Virus record (IMG/VR): IMGVR_UViG_3300023180_000043
Source of the DNA: an uncultured virus (IMG/VR IMGVR_UViG_3300023180_000043)
Taxonomy: Duplodnaviria > Heunggongvirae > Uroviricota > Caudoviricetes
Reading direction: 5' to 3' (one strand)
Length of the DNA stretch: 64,000 nt
The position numbers were made by a program, and so were the translations under genes. Positions 1-8,586 of the stretch are shown one piece after another; position 1 is the stretch's first letter; the number at the start of each line of letters is the position of its first letter. The notes beneath the pieces were generated by a model. The model was not told the DNA's origin, ran no database searches, and worked only from the letters and a program-made list of their open reading frames with translations.

Positions 1-34
1 TACATTGGCGGGCAAGCTGCCCTTGATGCGTTTG

Positions 35-244
35 TTAGGAAGGCATTCGCTCTTCCAGTATCTTCTGCAGCTCCTCAATCTCAGGAGAGCAGAAAACATG
101 AAGAGACTGAAGAATAATCTTTAAGTCTTCCCATGTTAGAAAGATACCAAATACTTCGTTGCCTTTAATGATTTCAATCCCTGCCTCTCTTTGAAGAACT
201 ACGAGATTTTCATTAATACGGGTCTCTTTAATCGTCGCTTCCAA
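35..244 (-). CDS. hypothetical phage protein (69 aa)
   Basis: ORF in a tightly packed leftward operon, overlapping the upstream gene end. Confidence 0.65.
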   Translation of the reverse strand: MEATIKETRINENLVVLQREAGIEIIKGNEVFGIFLTWEDLKIILQSLHVFCSPEIEELQKILEERMPS

Positions 245-572
245 GGTTCATTTCCTCCTTAAGTTTTTCTAAGTTCTCAAGAACCTTAGCGAAGTTTTCA
301 ACAGCCTCAATAACTTTACCACCAAGAGCTTCAACTAAGGGCATGTTTTCTTGTGCTGCCATCACTCTGGCTACGGTGTCCACTGTAGCAAACATGACTT
401 CTTGTGGGTGGATACGACCAGGCTGTAGCCATACTCTGTACCCGATATCCTCACCGTCGTCGCCGTCTGATACTTTGTATACAATTAGAAATGTTTCTAG
501 GTTTTGCTCTGGGTTTGCTGGATCTTTGATCACTAACTTATCCACCGCCTCTTCTGTAATTTTTACTGTCAT
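228..572 (-). CDS. hypothetical protein (114 aa)
   Basis: ATGA overlap with 569..871; GAGG SD-like sequence. Confidence 0.75.
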   Translation of the reverse strand: MTVKITEEAVDKLVIKDPANPEQNLETFLIVYKVSDGDDGEDIGYRVWLQPGRIHPQEVMFATVDTVARVMAAQENMPLVEALGGKVIEAVENFAKVLENLEKLKEEMNLGSDD

Positions 573-871
573 CCTCTAAATCCTCTGAATCTGGCATCTT
601 TTGCCTTTTCCGTAATACGCTCTGCGCGTGCTTTATTAATACTCTCTAGGTATTGTTCCTCAAGAGCTTGTACTTTCTCTTTAATCACTTCCTTATGATC
701 GTCAAATGAAACGGTCGGATCCTGTCCAACCATCTCACTTGCAAGGAAGTCTACCAAGATGTCTCGCATTGCATTAACACGAGCCACCATTTTCCACTGT
801 TGTGTTGGTTCCATAGGCGTACCTTTCAGTAGTCCATCGAGTCCAGTCATCTTCTTATCTTCATTAGGCAT
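569..871 (-). CDS. hypothetical protein (100 aa)
   Basis: Operon packing with short overlaps. Confidence 0.75.
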   Translation of the reverse strand: MPNEDKKMTGLDGLLKGTPMEPTQQWKMVARVNAMRDILVDFLASEMVGQDPTVSFDDHKEVIKEKVQALEEQYLESINKARAERITEKAKDARFRGFRG

Positions 872-1121
872 TCATTATCCATCCGTATAGTTTCCATTTG
901 TCAATCATTAAGCGCTGGAGCATCTTTGCATCTCCAACTGCTTTGAAGTTACCTTTTTTATCTTTAAATAGGAAGAAGTCCTCCTTTGGGTACTTTTTCT
1001 GCAAGCGTAGAATCTCATAAACAGCTTTACGAACCTTATTTATATTTTGAAGATCGTAGTTGCTTTTCAGCCCGAACTGTTTGATCAGGTTTTCGTCAGT
1101 TAAGTTCATATTAGGCTCCAT
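864..1121 (-). CDS. hypothetical protein (85 aa)
   Basis: Operon packing. Confidence 0.7.
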   Translation of the reverse strand: MEPNMNLTDENLIKQFGLKSNYDLQNINKVRKAVYEILRLQKKYPKEDFFLFKDKKGNFKAVGDAKMLQRLMIDKWKLYGWIMNA

Positions 1122-1501
1122 ATTGTTTGTTTGAGCTGTTGTCTTTTGTGGCCTATGCCTCCAGGGGCGAAAGTGTACCGCACACCTCCAAGTGTTAAAG
1201 CTTCTCTATATTTCACTCCAGCAAATACATGCATGCCTTGTGGAGCGACTTGAGTTTTGATTAAGTTTGCTAAGTTCTGTATCTCCTCCTTATTAGTTAA
1301 AAAATAGTCATAGTCATTGATAATGCGTGATGCAGGAAAGATTCCGTGTAAAGCACTTATTACATAAATTTGATCTCTGTTAATCAGGCTTTCAACCCCC
1401 TCTACTGTTCGTAAAGACTTCCATAATGGCCCATCATACTTCTGCCATGCAGGCAATGCTCCAGGGCGTTTAACCCCAGAGCATCCAACGAGGATTACCA
1501 T
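1106..1501 (-). CDS. DUF6884/YaaA-like domain protein
   Basis: Motifs ILVGCSxxK..PA..YDGPLW and YVISALHG..I.DYD typical of this family. Confidence 0.6.
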   Translation of the reverse strand: MVILVGCSGVKRPGALPAWQKYDGPLWKSLRTVEGVESLINRDQIYVISALHGIFPASRIINDYDYFLTNKEEIQNLANLIKTQVAPQGMHVFAGVKYREALTLGGVRYTFAPGGIGHKRQQLKQTIWSLI

Positions 1502-2160
1502 CCCCGTCTTTTCCTAAACTCTTTCATGAACTTTTTTCCGCCGTATACAAAAGTGTAAGAAGGTTCAAAGTCATTCTCAGAATCGTACTCGCTACGATGG
1601 ATGCAATATCCACCACTATCTCCTGTCCAGTTTGTTCTAGATAATACAGTTTCAAAGGCCTGACCTAAGGGTGTTTGCCACCAACGATCTACAGATCGGT
1701 TTCCGTTCCCGATCTGTAAACGTATGTGACGACTTTGGATGCCGACTTCAAGCGTTTGCCAAGTGCCTCGACCGAAAGTAACAGTCGAGGGAAAACCTCT
1801 TTTAACTGGGGTTTTCCTGTCATACTTCTTTGGTTTCTTTGGTCTTTGCCGATCATCTTTATGGGTATTCGTGTTAACACTACAAAGACGAAAAACAGTC
1901 TCATAATCAAACCAATCTGGAGTATTTGGCCTATTAAAAGCACCACCAAATACTCTAATTTTGGCACGCTCTAGAATACCCCAAAAGTTTTCTCTATACT
2001 CTTTAATCTTTTCATCTTTTGCCTCGATGTAAAAGATGTTCGCAACATCCCAGTGTTTGTTGTGTATCTCGCAGTCTGCTACGTATAGGGCTTTGACTGA
2101 TTTCATCCATCCAGTAGCTGGAAAGTCCCAACTTCCAATTGCTTCTTCATAACAACTCAT
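1495..2160 (-). CDS. hypothetical protein (221 aa)
   Basis: ATGA overlap with upstream gene; long ORF. Confidence 0.8.
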   Translation of the reverse strand: MSCYEEAIGSWDFPATGWMKSVKALYVADCEIHNKHWDVANIFYIEAKDEKIKEYRENFWGILERAKIRVFGGAFNRPNTPDWFDYETVFRLCSVNTNTHKDDRQRPKKPKKYDRKTPVKRGFPSTVTFGRGTWQTLEVGIQSRHIRLQIGNGNRSVDRWWQTPLGQAFETVLSRTNWTGDSGGYCIHRSEYDSENDFEPSYTFVYGGKKFMKEFRKRRGW

Positions 2161-2522
2161 TCCATCTCCTCTGACTCTTCTAGTTCATGAAGTAATTCCA
2201 TGTATCGGTCCTCATCGAGGACAACGTGATCTCGATAGTTTTGGTCTATTTCTTCCACCTTTTCTTTTATTGCTTGGCATTCTGGATTGAACACCATGAT
2301 TTCAAACCAGCCACATGCCCAGTGGCCGAATCTCATTATTTCCCAGTTTTGTCCTTCCTCTTCTACGCCATTAAGCGCAGCTTCTGTGAACTCAAAGTTA
2401 GAGGATTGTAGGGGTTGGCTATCTCTATTTCTAGAGGCAAAAGGGATGACCTCCCAATCTTCCCTTCCCTCTACTTTAATGTGCCGATCATATTCTGATG
2501 GCTTAAAGTCTTTGTATTTCAT
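2157..2522 (-). CDS. hypothetical phage protein with FGHWACGWFE motif
   Basis: ORF with GGAG SD, coupled to neighbours. Confidence 0.8.
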   Translation of the reverse strand: MKYKDFKPSEYDRHIKVEGREDWEVIPFASRNRDSQPLQSSNFEFTEAALNGVEEEGQNWEIMRFGHWACGWFEIMVFNPECQAIKEKVEEIDQNYRDHVVLDEDRYMELLHELEESEEME

Positions 2523-3253
2523 GCTAGATCGAACTCCTTGACCATCACTTCATCAAAATCAGTATGCTGACGTAAGATATTTTGTGGATCCTTTGACTTT
2601 CCGAATGCCCATGTAGCACTGTTATAGAGTGACCAAACTGTTTTATCCTCAAACTCTGCAAAAGGAGGATTTATCCAGTGGTCCAGGGCTATAGACAGTT
2701 GGTTTGCTTTAATTTTATTTGTGCCTCTCAGAAAGCCTAAAAACTCAAACGCTTTTCGATCTGATATTTCAATCTCTTGCATCTTTTTGCGCTTCTTCAT
2801 TGCGATCTCAAGACGCTCTTCGACTGAAAGTACGGTTGCAAGCTGCGATGCAACAATCTTTTTCCACACACCGTGGTAGTGGTCGTGCACGTAGTTCACA
2901 TCTGATCCAGAGATTTGCAGATTGCTGCAGACTGATACTCCAGCTCCGCATCCATGTGCATACGCCGTCATGTGATCGTAGCCGTTTCGACCGCCCCAAA
3001 CAATGTCCGTCAGGCCTGGAGCTTGATAGTATTGTTTGAAAAACATTCGTTGCTCGCTTCGATTAGTAACAAAACTCTCTTTAACTAGAGTGTACCTTGG
3101 TTTGTGCTCTTTCATCAACTCGTCGATATTACATAGTATTTTCTCATGCGGCACTACGCAGTATGTTCTAGTACTCTGAGGCACTGGGAGTGATGTGATG
3201 TATTGTCTATCGACGATCTTATCGCCTGCTTTCATCATTATGTCTAATGGCAT
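2519..3253 (-). CDS. DUF932-family protein
   Basis: Y.VVPH, RNGYD, VCSNL and TVWSLYNSAT motifs resemble DUF932. Confidence 0.7.
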   Translation of the reverse strand: MPLDIMMKAGDKIVDRQYITSLPVPQSTRTYCVVPHEKILCNIDELMKEHKPRYTLVKESFVTNRSEQRMFFKQYYQAPGLTDIVWGGRNGYDHMTAYAHGCGAGVSVCSNLQISGSDVNYVHDHYHGVWKKIVASQLATVLSVEERLEIAMKKRKKMQEIEISDRKAFEFLGFLRGTNKIKANQLSIALDHWINPPFAEFEDKTVWSLYNSATWAFGKSKDPQNILRQHTDFDEVMVKEFDLA

Positions 3254-3262
3254 GTTATTTTC

Positions 3263-3970
3263 CTATACTAATTCTGGGTGTGTCATTTCCATCACCCAAG
3301 ACTGTTCTATTTCTGGTGAAAGGACATAAGTAAGAGCGCAAGCCTCTTCATCTGCGCCATACGTTGTATATCCCCATGTTAGGTTAAATCTGTTCTTCAC
3401 CTCCTCGGTGGTTCGATTATCGTATATCAAAGGCCGTTCATCCAAAAACGGGCTGCGTATTACCCAAAGTATCTCTTCGCTCCAATCTGCAAAGTAAAGG
3501 ATTTCCATAAACTCTGCTAAGGGCAGAAAGTTCCTTTCGTACTCTGTTAAATCTCCTGGTATATTAGGGATCTCTAGATTGAGTAAGTCGTAGATACTGT
3601 ATCCCTGACGAGTTTTGTAAAAGATCCAAGGGTCGTTCGTACCTGATAGCCCGTAACTGCATGGGCGTTCTAGGGTGTAATCTTTGATTGTTTCGATGGT
3701 TAAGGATCCTCCTGTTTTGTTATTAAAGTTTCTCACTGCTTGCGCAGCTGTTAGGTTATCGACCTTACCTTGTTCGTAAAGTTGAACGATGTTGTATATC
3801 TGACGAATACTCCTCAGATATTTCCATTGACTTAGGAGGATTTGATTAACCCCACTATGATTGATTGGGTGGTGCTGAGAGCCCACCTCTCCAAGGCTAT
3901 TACAGAGATAATCCGCAATAGTTTTCGACATGGGATAAACTGCGATCCCACCAACACGGCATGTGTCCAT
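3263..3970 (-). CDS. hypothetical protein (235 aa)
   Basis: Long ORF with GGAGG SD before the start. Confidence 0.8.
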   Translation of the reverse strand: MDTCRVGGIAVYPMSKTIADYLCNSLGEVGSQHHPINHSGVNQILLSQWKYLRSIRQIYNIVQLYEQGKVDNLTAAQAVRNFNNKTGGSLTIETIKDYTLERPCSYGLSGTNDPWIFYKTRQGYSIYDLLNLEIPNIPGDLTEYERNFLPLAEFMEILYFADWSEEILWVIRSPFLDERPLIYDNRTTEEVKNRFNLTWGYTTYGADEEACALTYVLSPEIEQSWVMEMTHPELV

Positions 3971-4451
3971 AATCCTCCCCTAGAAGCCCTACAGCTCCTA
4001 TATTTGGTAATATACTAAACTTTCCCCAACTCATTATGTCTCCATTTAGACACACAAGTTCTCCTGAGGAAAGGTTAAAGAGTATTTCACTCTCTCCATG
4101 TCCTTCTACATTTTTAAAAAATCTTTTCCAGTGCGGTCTTCCCCCCTCATGAAGCACTTCATACAAAGAGTCTAAGTACGAAGTCGCTGTCATTGACTTT
4201 ATGAAGTCAATCTCATAAAGATGGCGAAAAAACTGAATCTCTTGGTTCTTTACAAGATGATTATTATACATTCTATCCAAACAGTTTTGTTTATTTGGAA
4301 TAGACGTAGTAAGTATAGATAGGATCGTTTCTATACTGTTATACACAGTATCGAAGGCTTTTTCTCGTTCGGTTTCTGTTGTGTTATAATGTTCTTCTAA
4401 TACTTCAAACACAGCAGAGATATCTTCAACAAATATCACTCCTGGTAGCAT
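3900..4451 (-). CDS. hypothetical protein (start adjusted to MLPGV)
   Basis: AGGA SD precedes ATG at 4451; the ORF track start is 4496. Confidence 0.7.
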   Translation of the reverse strand: MLPGVIFVEDISAVFEVLEEHYNTTETEREKAFDTVYNSIETILSILTTSIPNKQNCLDRMYNNHLVKNQEIQFFRHLYEIDFIKSMTATSYLDSLYEVLHEGGRPHWKRFFKNVEGHGESEILFNLSSGELVCLNGDIMSWGKFSILPNIGAVGLLGEDYGHMPCWWDRSLSHVENYCGLSL

Positions 4452-4494
4452 AATGTTTCCTATATTTTCATTACTGCGTAGATTTTGTTCCAAC

Positions 4495-4773
4495 ATGGTT
4501 TACACAAACCAAGACTCGCTTTCTGTAGAACAGTTCAGCTTTATCTTCGATGGAACAGGTTTACAGAAGGGTAAAAAAGTTAAGTTGTTTGAGCTCTCCT
4601 TCTCAGGCAATCCTGAAAGTTGTGCTGTATCGATATCCAAAAGAGAAACAGAGCTATATCATTCCCTGCATTTAAAAGGGAAGATATATACTCTGTTTAT
4701 GGGTCCTATGGAGTACAGCAATGGTGTTATGCGAGTTCGATTAGGTATCGCTGTTGGTATTCACAGGCGCTAA
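4495..4773 (+). CDS. hypothetical protein (92 aa), lone rightward gene
   Basis: Fills an otherwise empty 4497-4740 gap; globular-looking sequence. Confidence 0.55.
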   Translation: MVYTNQDSLSVEQFSFIFDGTGLQKGKKVKLFELSFSGNPESCAVSISKRETELYHSLHLKGKIYTLFMGPMEYSNGVMRVRLGIAVGIHRR

Positions 4774-5064
4774 CTCCTTTTCGGGACAAGGGGCTAATAC
4801 ATCCTTTAGAACATTGTGCACTCTCCAGCTTTCAAACTCCGATGTGGATAGATTTGACTCGTCGGGATTCCAGAAGTTACAATAGCTTGGATCATGTATA
4901 CATCTGACGCAGTTACTACTAAGCCATTTGTGGAACCAGATAGGCTTATCAATAACATAGTTTTCTGCCAAGAGAGAAGCTACTGCAGAGGAACATCCTA
5001 AGTCTGTAGCCACCTTTCTTACAATCTGTTTTATGATAATCTCCGATGTGAGTATTGTTTTCAT
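4741..5064 (-). CDS. hypothetical protein with Cys cluster
   Basis: GGAGGTG SD, ATGA coupling, CVRC..C motif. Confidence 0.7.
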   Translation of the reverse strand: MKTILTSEIIIKQIVRKVATDLGCSSAVASLLAENYVIDKPIWFHKWLSSNCVRCIHDPSYCNFWNPDESNLSTSEFESWRVHNVLKDVLAPCPEKELAPVNTNSDT

Positions 5065-6371
5065 GCCTCACCTCCGAGCATCGCATTCTGCCCAAGACGA
5101 TTCCCCGCATAGTATCCAGCAATCTCGTCCGCGGTTACTCCATACAGAGTTCCCTGTGGTTGTTGCATTAGATACTGACGATAAACCTCAAGCTGCTTTG
5201 ATCCCATTGTAACCATAAGCTTTGGAATGCTTACACCATACTGATCTGTCTCAACCTTTAGGTGAGGACACTCTTGATTAAGGCAGGTTTGGCACTTACT
5301 CATCATATTTTCACCAGATAGATCAAGCACTTGTACATTCTGTGAAAGCTGATCTGCACAGTTACTGCACATAAAAGTACTACCTTGGATATCCATATCG
5401 ACGTGATACTGAGAGGTACACCATAGATTCTGACCACAGTTTGAGCAGGTTCCTACTGGCCGATCTGTACAGATCATCTTCAAAGGATCCAGCAAGTCAG
5501 AACCTTCAATGCATCCTTTAAGAGCAAAGAGTGTTTCCTTACACACTAAAGGTGTATTCTCCAACGCCTCTTCTTGCTTAAACTGCGCAAACGAGTTGTA
5601 CAGCTCCTCTGAGTGGACAGACCATGAAGGACCTACTTCATACTTAAGATAGGCCAAGGCTTCTTTGATTAGCCCTACCTTTTTCATCATCTCCTGATTC
5701 GTATTATCTCGAATGTCAAAATCTGGCTCTTCTTCTAGTGGTGACAAGTCTGGTGGCGGGGTGGCATTGAAGGAGTGCAGGAATGCCATCTTGTAATCTT
5801 TCTCATTACAGCAGGAAATGATGTGTGAATGGTCACACAGGTAGTCCATACCGTATGAATCACACATCCACATAAGAGTTGCCCATACGGCACGTTCTAC
5901 CGCTTCGATTGGTGGTTTTGAAACCCGCAACTGAGGACAATATGTATCACGAATAAATGACACGATCTCAGTTTTCTCCATACTAGAAAGCCCTGGGTGG
6001 TTCCGTCGAACAGGAAACATAGAAGCAGACTGGTCATCGCGAAAGATCTTGTAGAATGATGGATCCATCTCAGTAGATCCAGCTCCTACGTACTTCCAGA
6101 CAGTCTTGTACTCTTCTCCCGAATGAAATGTGCTGGTATAGTAATACGGCCACCAGCCCGTAATCCGTACCCAGTCTACTGTAGCGGTGATACAGACTGG
6201 GATCCATAGTGGATCAAACTGAGTTATGTCAAACCCGAAGGTTTCACTCAGCGTGTCTGTTACATAGTTCATGATGGCTCTGGGTGGCAACCATCCTTTT
6301 CTGCTTTGCATTGCTCCTATCATTTTGTTGATGGCAATTTCGTTTTGTTGTTGTTGGCGAGTTAGTTGCAT
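5061..6371 (-). CDS. hypothetical protein (436 aa) with C-terminal multi-CxxC zinc-binding region
   Basis: AAGGAG SD; CSNC..C, CSNC and CQTC..CPH motifs. Confidence 0.85.
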   Translation of the reverse strand: MQLTRQQQQNEIAINKMIGAMQSRKGWLPPRAIMNYVTDTLSETFGFDITQFDPLWIPVCITATVDWVRITGWWPYYYTSTFHSGEEYKTVWKYVGAGSTEMDPSFYKIFRDDQSASMFPVRRNHPGLSSMEKTEIVSFIRDTYCPQLRVSKPPIEAVERAVWATLMWMCDSYGMDYLCDHSHIISCCNEKDYKMAFLHSFNATPPPDLSPLEEEPDFDIRDNTNQEMMKKVGLIKEALAYLKYEVGPSWSVHSEELYNSFAQFKQEEALENTPLVCKETLFALKGCIEGSDLLDPLKMICTDRPVGTCSNCGQNLWCTSQYHVDMDIQGSTFMCSNCADQLSQNVQVLDLSGENMMSKCQTCLNQECPHLKVETDQYGVSIPKLMVTMGSKQLEVYRQYLMQQPQGTLYGVTADEIAGYYAGNRLGQNAMLGGEA

Positions 6372-6400
6372 GGCAGCTCCTTACTGATGCAGGGTGATAT

Positions 6401-6502
6401 AAAAAGTAAAAAAGAAACGGGAGATGGTGTGTCCCTCAACACACCACCTCAAGGACTAGGTCCCTCAACCTAGTCCCAGCAGTCCTTACTGCTGACCCTC
6501 AT
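6401..6502 (-). ncRNA. putative structured RNA: three tandem hairpins with (A/G)AGG(G)A apices, followed by a U-tract
   Basis: Stems at 6477-6494 (7 bp), 6453-6476 (9 bp) and 6421-6450 (12 bp, with a pair that is G-U only on the minus strand); two identical UGAGGG loops; poly-U at 6401-6417. Confidence 0.6.
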
Positions 6503-6506
6503 TTCT

Positions 6507-6854
6507 TTAAATTAGCCCGTACTTTCTAGATAGAACCAGATAAAACTCTTTCCAAAAGTCGCTAATTTTCTCTGAGGAAATACCTAAATCATCAAAATCT
6601 TCCGCTTCTTCAATTGCGACTTTTGCCTGAGTAGTAACTACCGATTTGACAGTACTATAAGCTTTTATAAAGGAAAATTTATATCGCTTCTCCATCTTTC
6701 TAGCCCACAGCCCACTCTGCTCTTCAGTCAATAGAGGCACATGTAACTTTTGGGTCAAAAGATTTATAGCGGCGATGATCTCTTGTTTGTCATTTAGATC
6801 AACTGTAATCGCTAATCTATGAATTTTGGGTGTTCTTGTTTCAACTGTTTTCAT
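6507..6854 (-). CDS. hypothetical protein (start adjusted to MKTVE)
   Basis: GGAG SD upstream of ATG at 6854. Confidence 0.75.
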   Translation of the reverse strand: MKTVETRTPKIHRLAITVDLNDKQEIIAAINLLTQKLHVPLLTEEQSGLWARKMEKRYKFSFIKAYSTVKSVVTTQAKVAIEEAEDFDDLGISSEKISDFWKEFYLVLSRKYGLI

Positions 6855-6909
6855 ACGCACTCCGTATGTATAGATTATGCCCGTACAACACACTAGGGGC
6901 GTTTGTTAC

Positions 6910-6953
6910 TGTGTGTCTAAAATACTTATTCCACATTTGTTTTTGTATTTGTA
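6910..6953 (-). promoter_or_regulatory. putative phage promoter, copy 1 (TACAA-N17-GAATAAGTATTTTAGACACACA)
   Basis: 22-nt near-identical repeat with 7448-7469, upstream of a leftward gene. Confidence 0.6.
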
Positions 6954-6955
6954 CG

Positions 6956-6994
6956 AAAAAAAGAGGGATGCTTGCGCAGAGCCCTTCTTTTTTT
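6956..6994. terminator. intrinsic terminator-like hairpin flanked by A7 and T7 tracts
   Basis: AAAAAAAGAGGG...CCCTTCTTTTTTT just downstream of 7004..7393. Confidence 0.65.
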
Positions 6995-7003
6995 ACGTCG
7001 TAT

Positions 7004-7393
7004 TTAATACAAGTCCTCCCACTGATCATAATAATCAGCCATGTAGCTATCCACCTCTTCTGCAAGGGCTCTGTACGGCTCAATGCCCCAATCATACGCT
7101 TCAATGTATCGCAGACGTGCAATTTGCTCCGCAAATTTCTCCTGTAGACCAAGGTCTAGGCCGCATCGTGCATCGTGCGGAATTGATTCCTTAAGAGAGT
7201 AATATTCGTCTGCCATCTCCGATGGACACTCTTTTTCACAGAGTTCCCAGCTCATGTCGGGCATTACAGTCAGTACGTAGTACTGGCTGTTCAAGCAGAT
7301 TTTAACTTTGTTCTTGATATCTTCCTGTACAGCTTCTAAGCTGTCCAAGATGTTTATCGCTGCTGCTGCTTCTAACACAACATTTCTTAACAT
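7004..7393 (-). CDS. acidic hypothetical protein (start adjusted to MLRNV)
   Basis: GGAG SD before ATG at 7393. Confidence 0.75.
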   Translation of the reverse strand: MLRNVVLEAAAAINILDSLEAVQEDIKNKVKICLNSQYYVLTVMPDMSWELCEKECPSEMADEYYSLKESIPHDARCGLDLGLQEKFAEQIARLRYIEAYDWGIEPYRALAEEVDSYMADYYDQWEDLY

Positions 7394-7447
7394 GATAAGC
7401 TCCAAAAAATGCTCCCAACCATCACACCGGGAGGCTTTATAATATTA

Positions 7448-7491
7448 TGTGTGACTAAAATACTTATTCTAAAAAATACTTTTTTCTTGCA
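7448..7491 (-). promoter_or_regulatory. putative phage promoter, copy 2 (TGCAA-N17-GAATAAGTATTTTAGTCACACA)
   Basis: Repeat of 6910-6953 with the same 17-nt spacing. Confidence 0.6.
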
Positions 7492-7516
7492 GACATGGCT
7501 AAGAATCTATTATAAC
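7487..7516 (+). promoter_or_regulatory. sigma70-like rightward promoter (TTGCAG-N18-TATAAC)
   Basis: Resembles the consensus; upstream of the rightward block. Confidence 0.4.
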
Positions 7517-7548
7517 TAGGGTAGTACATTACAGAAATAGGAGTACTT

Positions 7549-7911
7549 ATGGCTAAAGTTACAGAAAGCAACATCGATATCCCAGCTGGAACAAATCCGC
7601 TAGACCGTACAATCACTGAAACCGTGATTCGAGATCCAAAAGAGCATACAAGTTATGTTTCTGTAGATGGGCAAACTTATACGTTTAGAACCCACTATGT
7701 TAAAGATCGTAAGTTAGTAGCTGTTCCTCGTCGAAATGAACTGGCTCTCTTTCTTGCATTGCGCGAAGTCGGACTAGGCGGGTCCCCCTTCCCAGTTATG
7801 GATGCCTTCAAGCTCAGAATTGAAGATGTAGATGGTAAAGCCGTTTATCCAGTTCCTGTTCCAGAAGAAGTGGAAGAGGGCCCAAACGAGAACTTTTCAC
7901 TCGGAGACTGA
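7549..7911 (+). CDS. hypothetical protein (120 aa)
   Basis: AGGAG SD; first gene of the rightward block. Confidence 0.85.
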   Translation: MAKVTESNIDIPAGTNPLDRTITETVIRDPKEHTSYVSVDGQTYTFRTHYVKDRKLVAVPRRNELALFLALREVGLGGSPFPVMDAFKLRIEDVDGKAVYPVPVPEEVEEGPNENFSLGD

Positions 7912-8306
7912 TTCAAGAGTTTCAGTCTGATCTATCTTATAGTGAAGTATCTGGTACTTTAAGATGCTCGGCTTGCAGTGATGTAAGCCAAGCGTCACAA
8001 GAAAAACTAGAAGAATATGCTATAACAAATAGGTATGTATGTAGGAGATGTGATGAGTTCCAAAAGACTTCAGGTAATGAACGCTTTAGATCGAGCTATG
8101 GCGGACAACGAAAAGAATCTATTTACAATCGAGCTACTTCTAACGAAGTCTCCAGTGAAGGGGGTAAAGTGCGGCGGTATCGCAGTGTACATGCTATCAA
8201 AGCAATCCGAGATGCTGGACTTCAAAGAAGACGTAAATCCTTTAGAAAAGTTCGAGGCAGAGAAAGCGTTAAACGAGATGACGGACGTAATGATCCGGCC
8301 TCTTGA
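7911..8306 (+). CDS. hidden zinc-finger ORF (CxxC-x21-CxxC) with no canonical start; ATT start or -1 frameshift extension of 7549..7911
   Basis: Frame is stop-free from 7839 to 8303; encodes LRCSAC...YVCRRC; fills the 7912-8052 gap. Confidence 0.55.
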   Translation: MQEFQSDLSYSEVSGTLRCSACSDVSQASQEKLEEYAITNRYVCRRCDEFQKTSGNERFRSSYGGQRKESIYNRATSNEVSSEGGKVRRYRSVHAIKAIRDAGLQRRRKSFRKVRGRESVKRDDGRNDPAS

Positions 8307-8586
8307 AAAGTTTAAGGCAGACACAGGTGCTTGGCTTAACTATGCTCTCCCCAGAGTATTGGAGATCTTTGATGAGTTTCATAAAGATGCTGACATTGTA
8401 ATTAAGAGCCCTAAACTTAAAATTAAGCACCATATCAAACGAGCTGATGTTCTTAAGTTAAGAAAAAACCCCGGCAAACTTTTTAGGATTGCTTTTGAGA
8501 TTGACAAGCTACTTGATGGCAACTTTGAGTACGATCCTTGGTCTACCCAGATTAGACGTGGTGCAATTGGAGCTCACATTAAATGA
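8053..8586 (+). CDS. hypothetical protein (start adjusted to MSSKR)
   Basis: AGGAG SD at 8043-8047. Confidence 0.8.
   Translation: MSSKRLQVMNALDRAMADNEKNLFTIELLLTKSPVKGVKCGGIAVYMLSKQSEMLDFKEDVNPLEKFEAEKALNEMTDVMIRPLEKFKADTGAWLNYALPRVLEIFDEFHKDADIVIKSPKLKIKHHIKRADVLKLRKNPGKLFRIAFEIDKLLDGNFEYDPWSTQIRRGAIGAHIK

Noticed and set aside
6421..6502. Repeated GTCCCTCAAC units as a mini CRISPR array
   Set aside because: The repeats are only ~10 nt and the intervening sequences are self-complementary stems, not spacers
6830..7194. Overlapping ORFs 6830..7147, 6841..7152 and 6877..7194
   Set aside because: They run across the promoter and terminator elements and conflict with the better-supported 7004..7393
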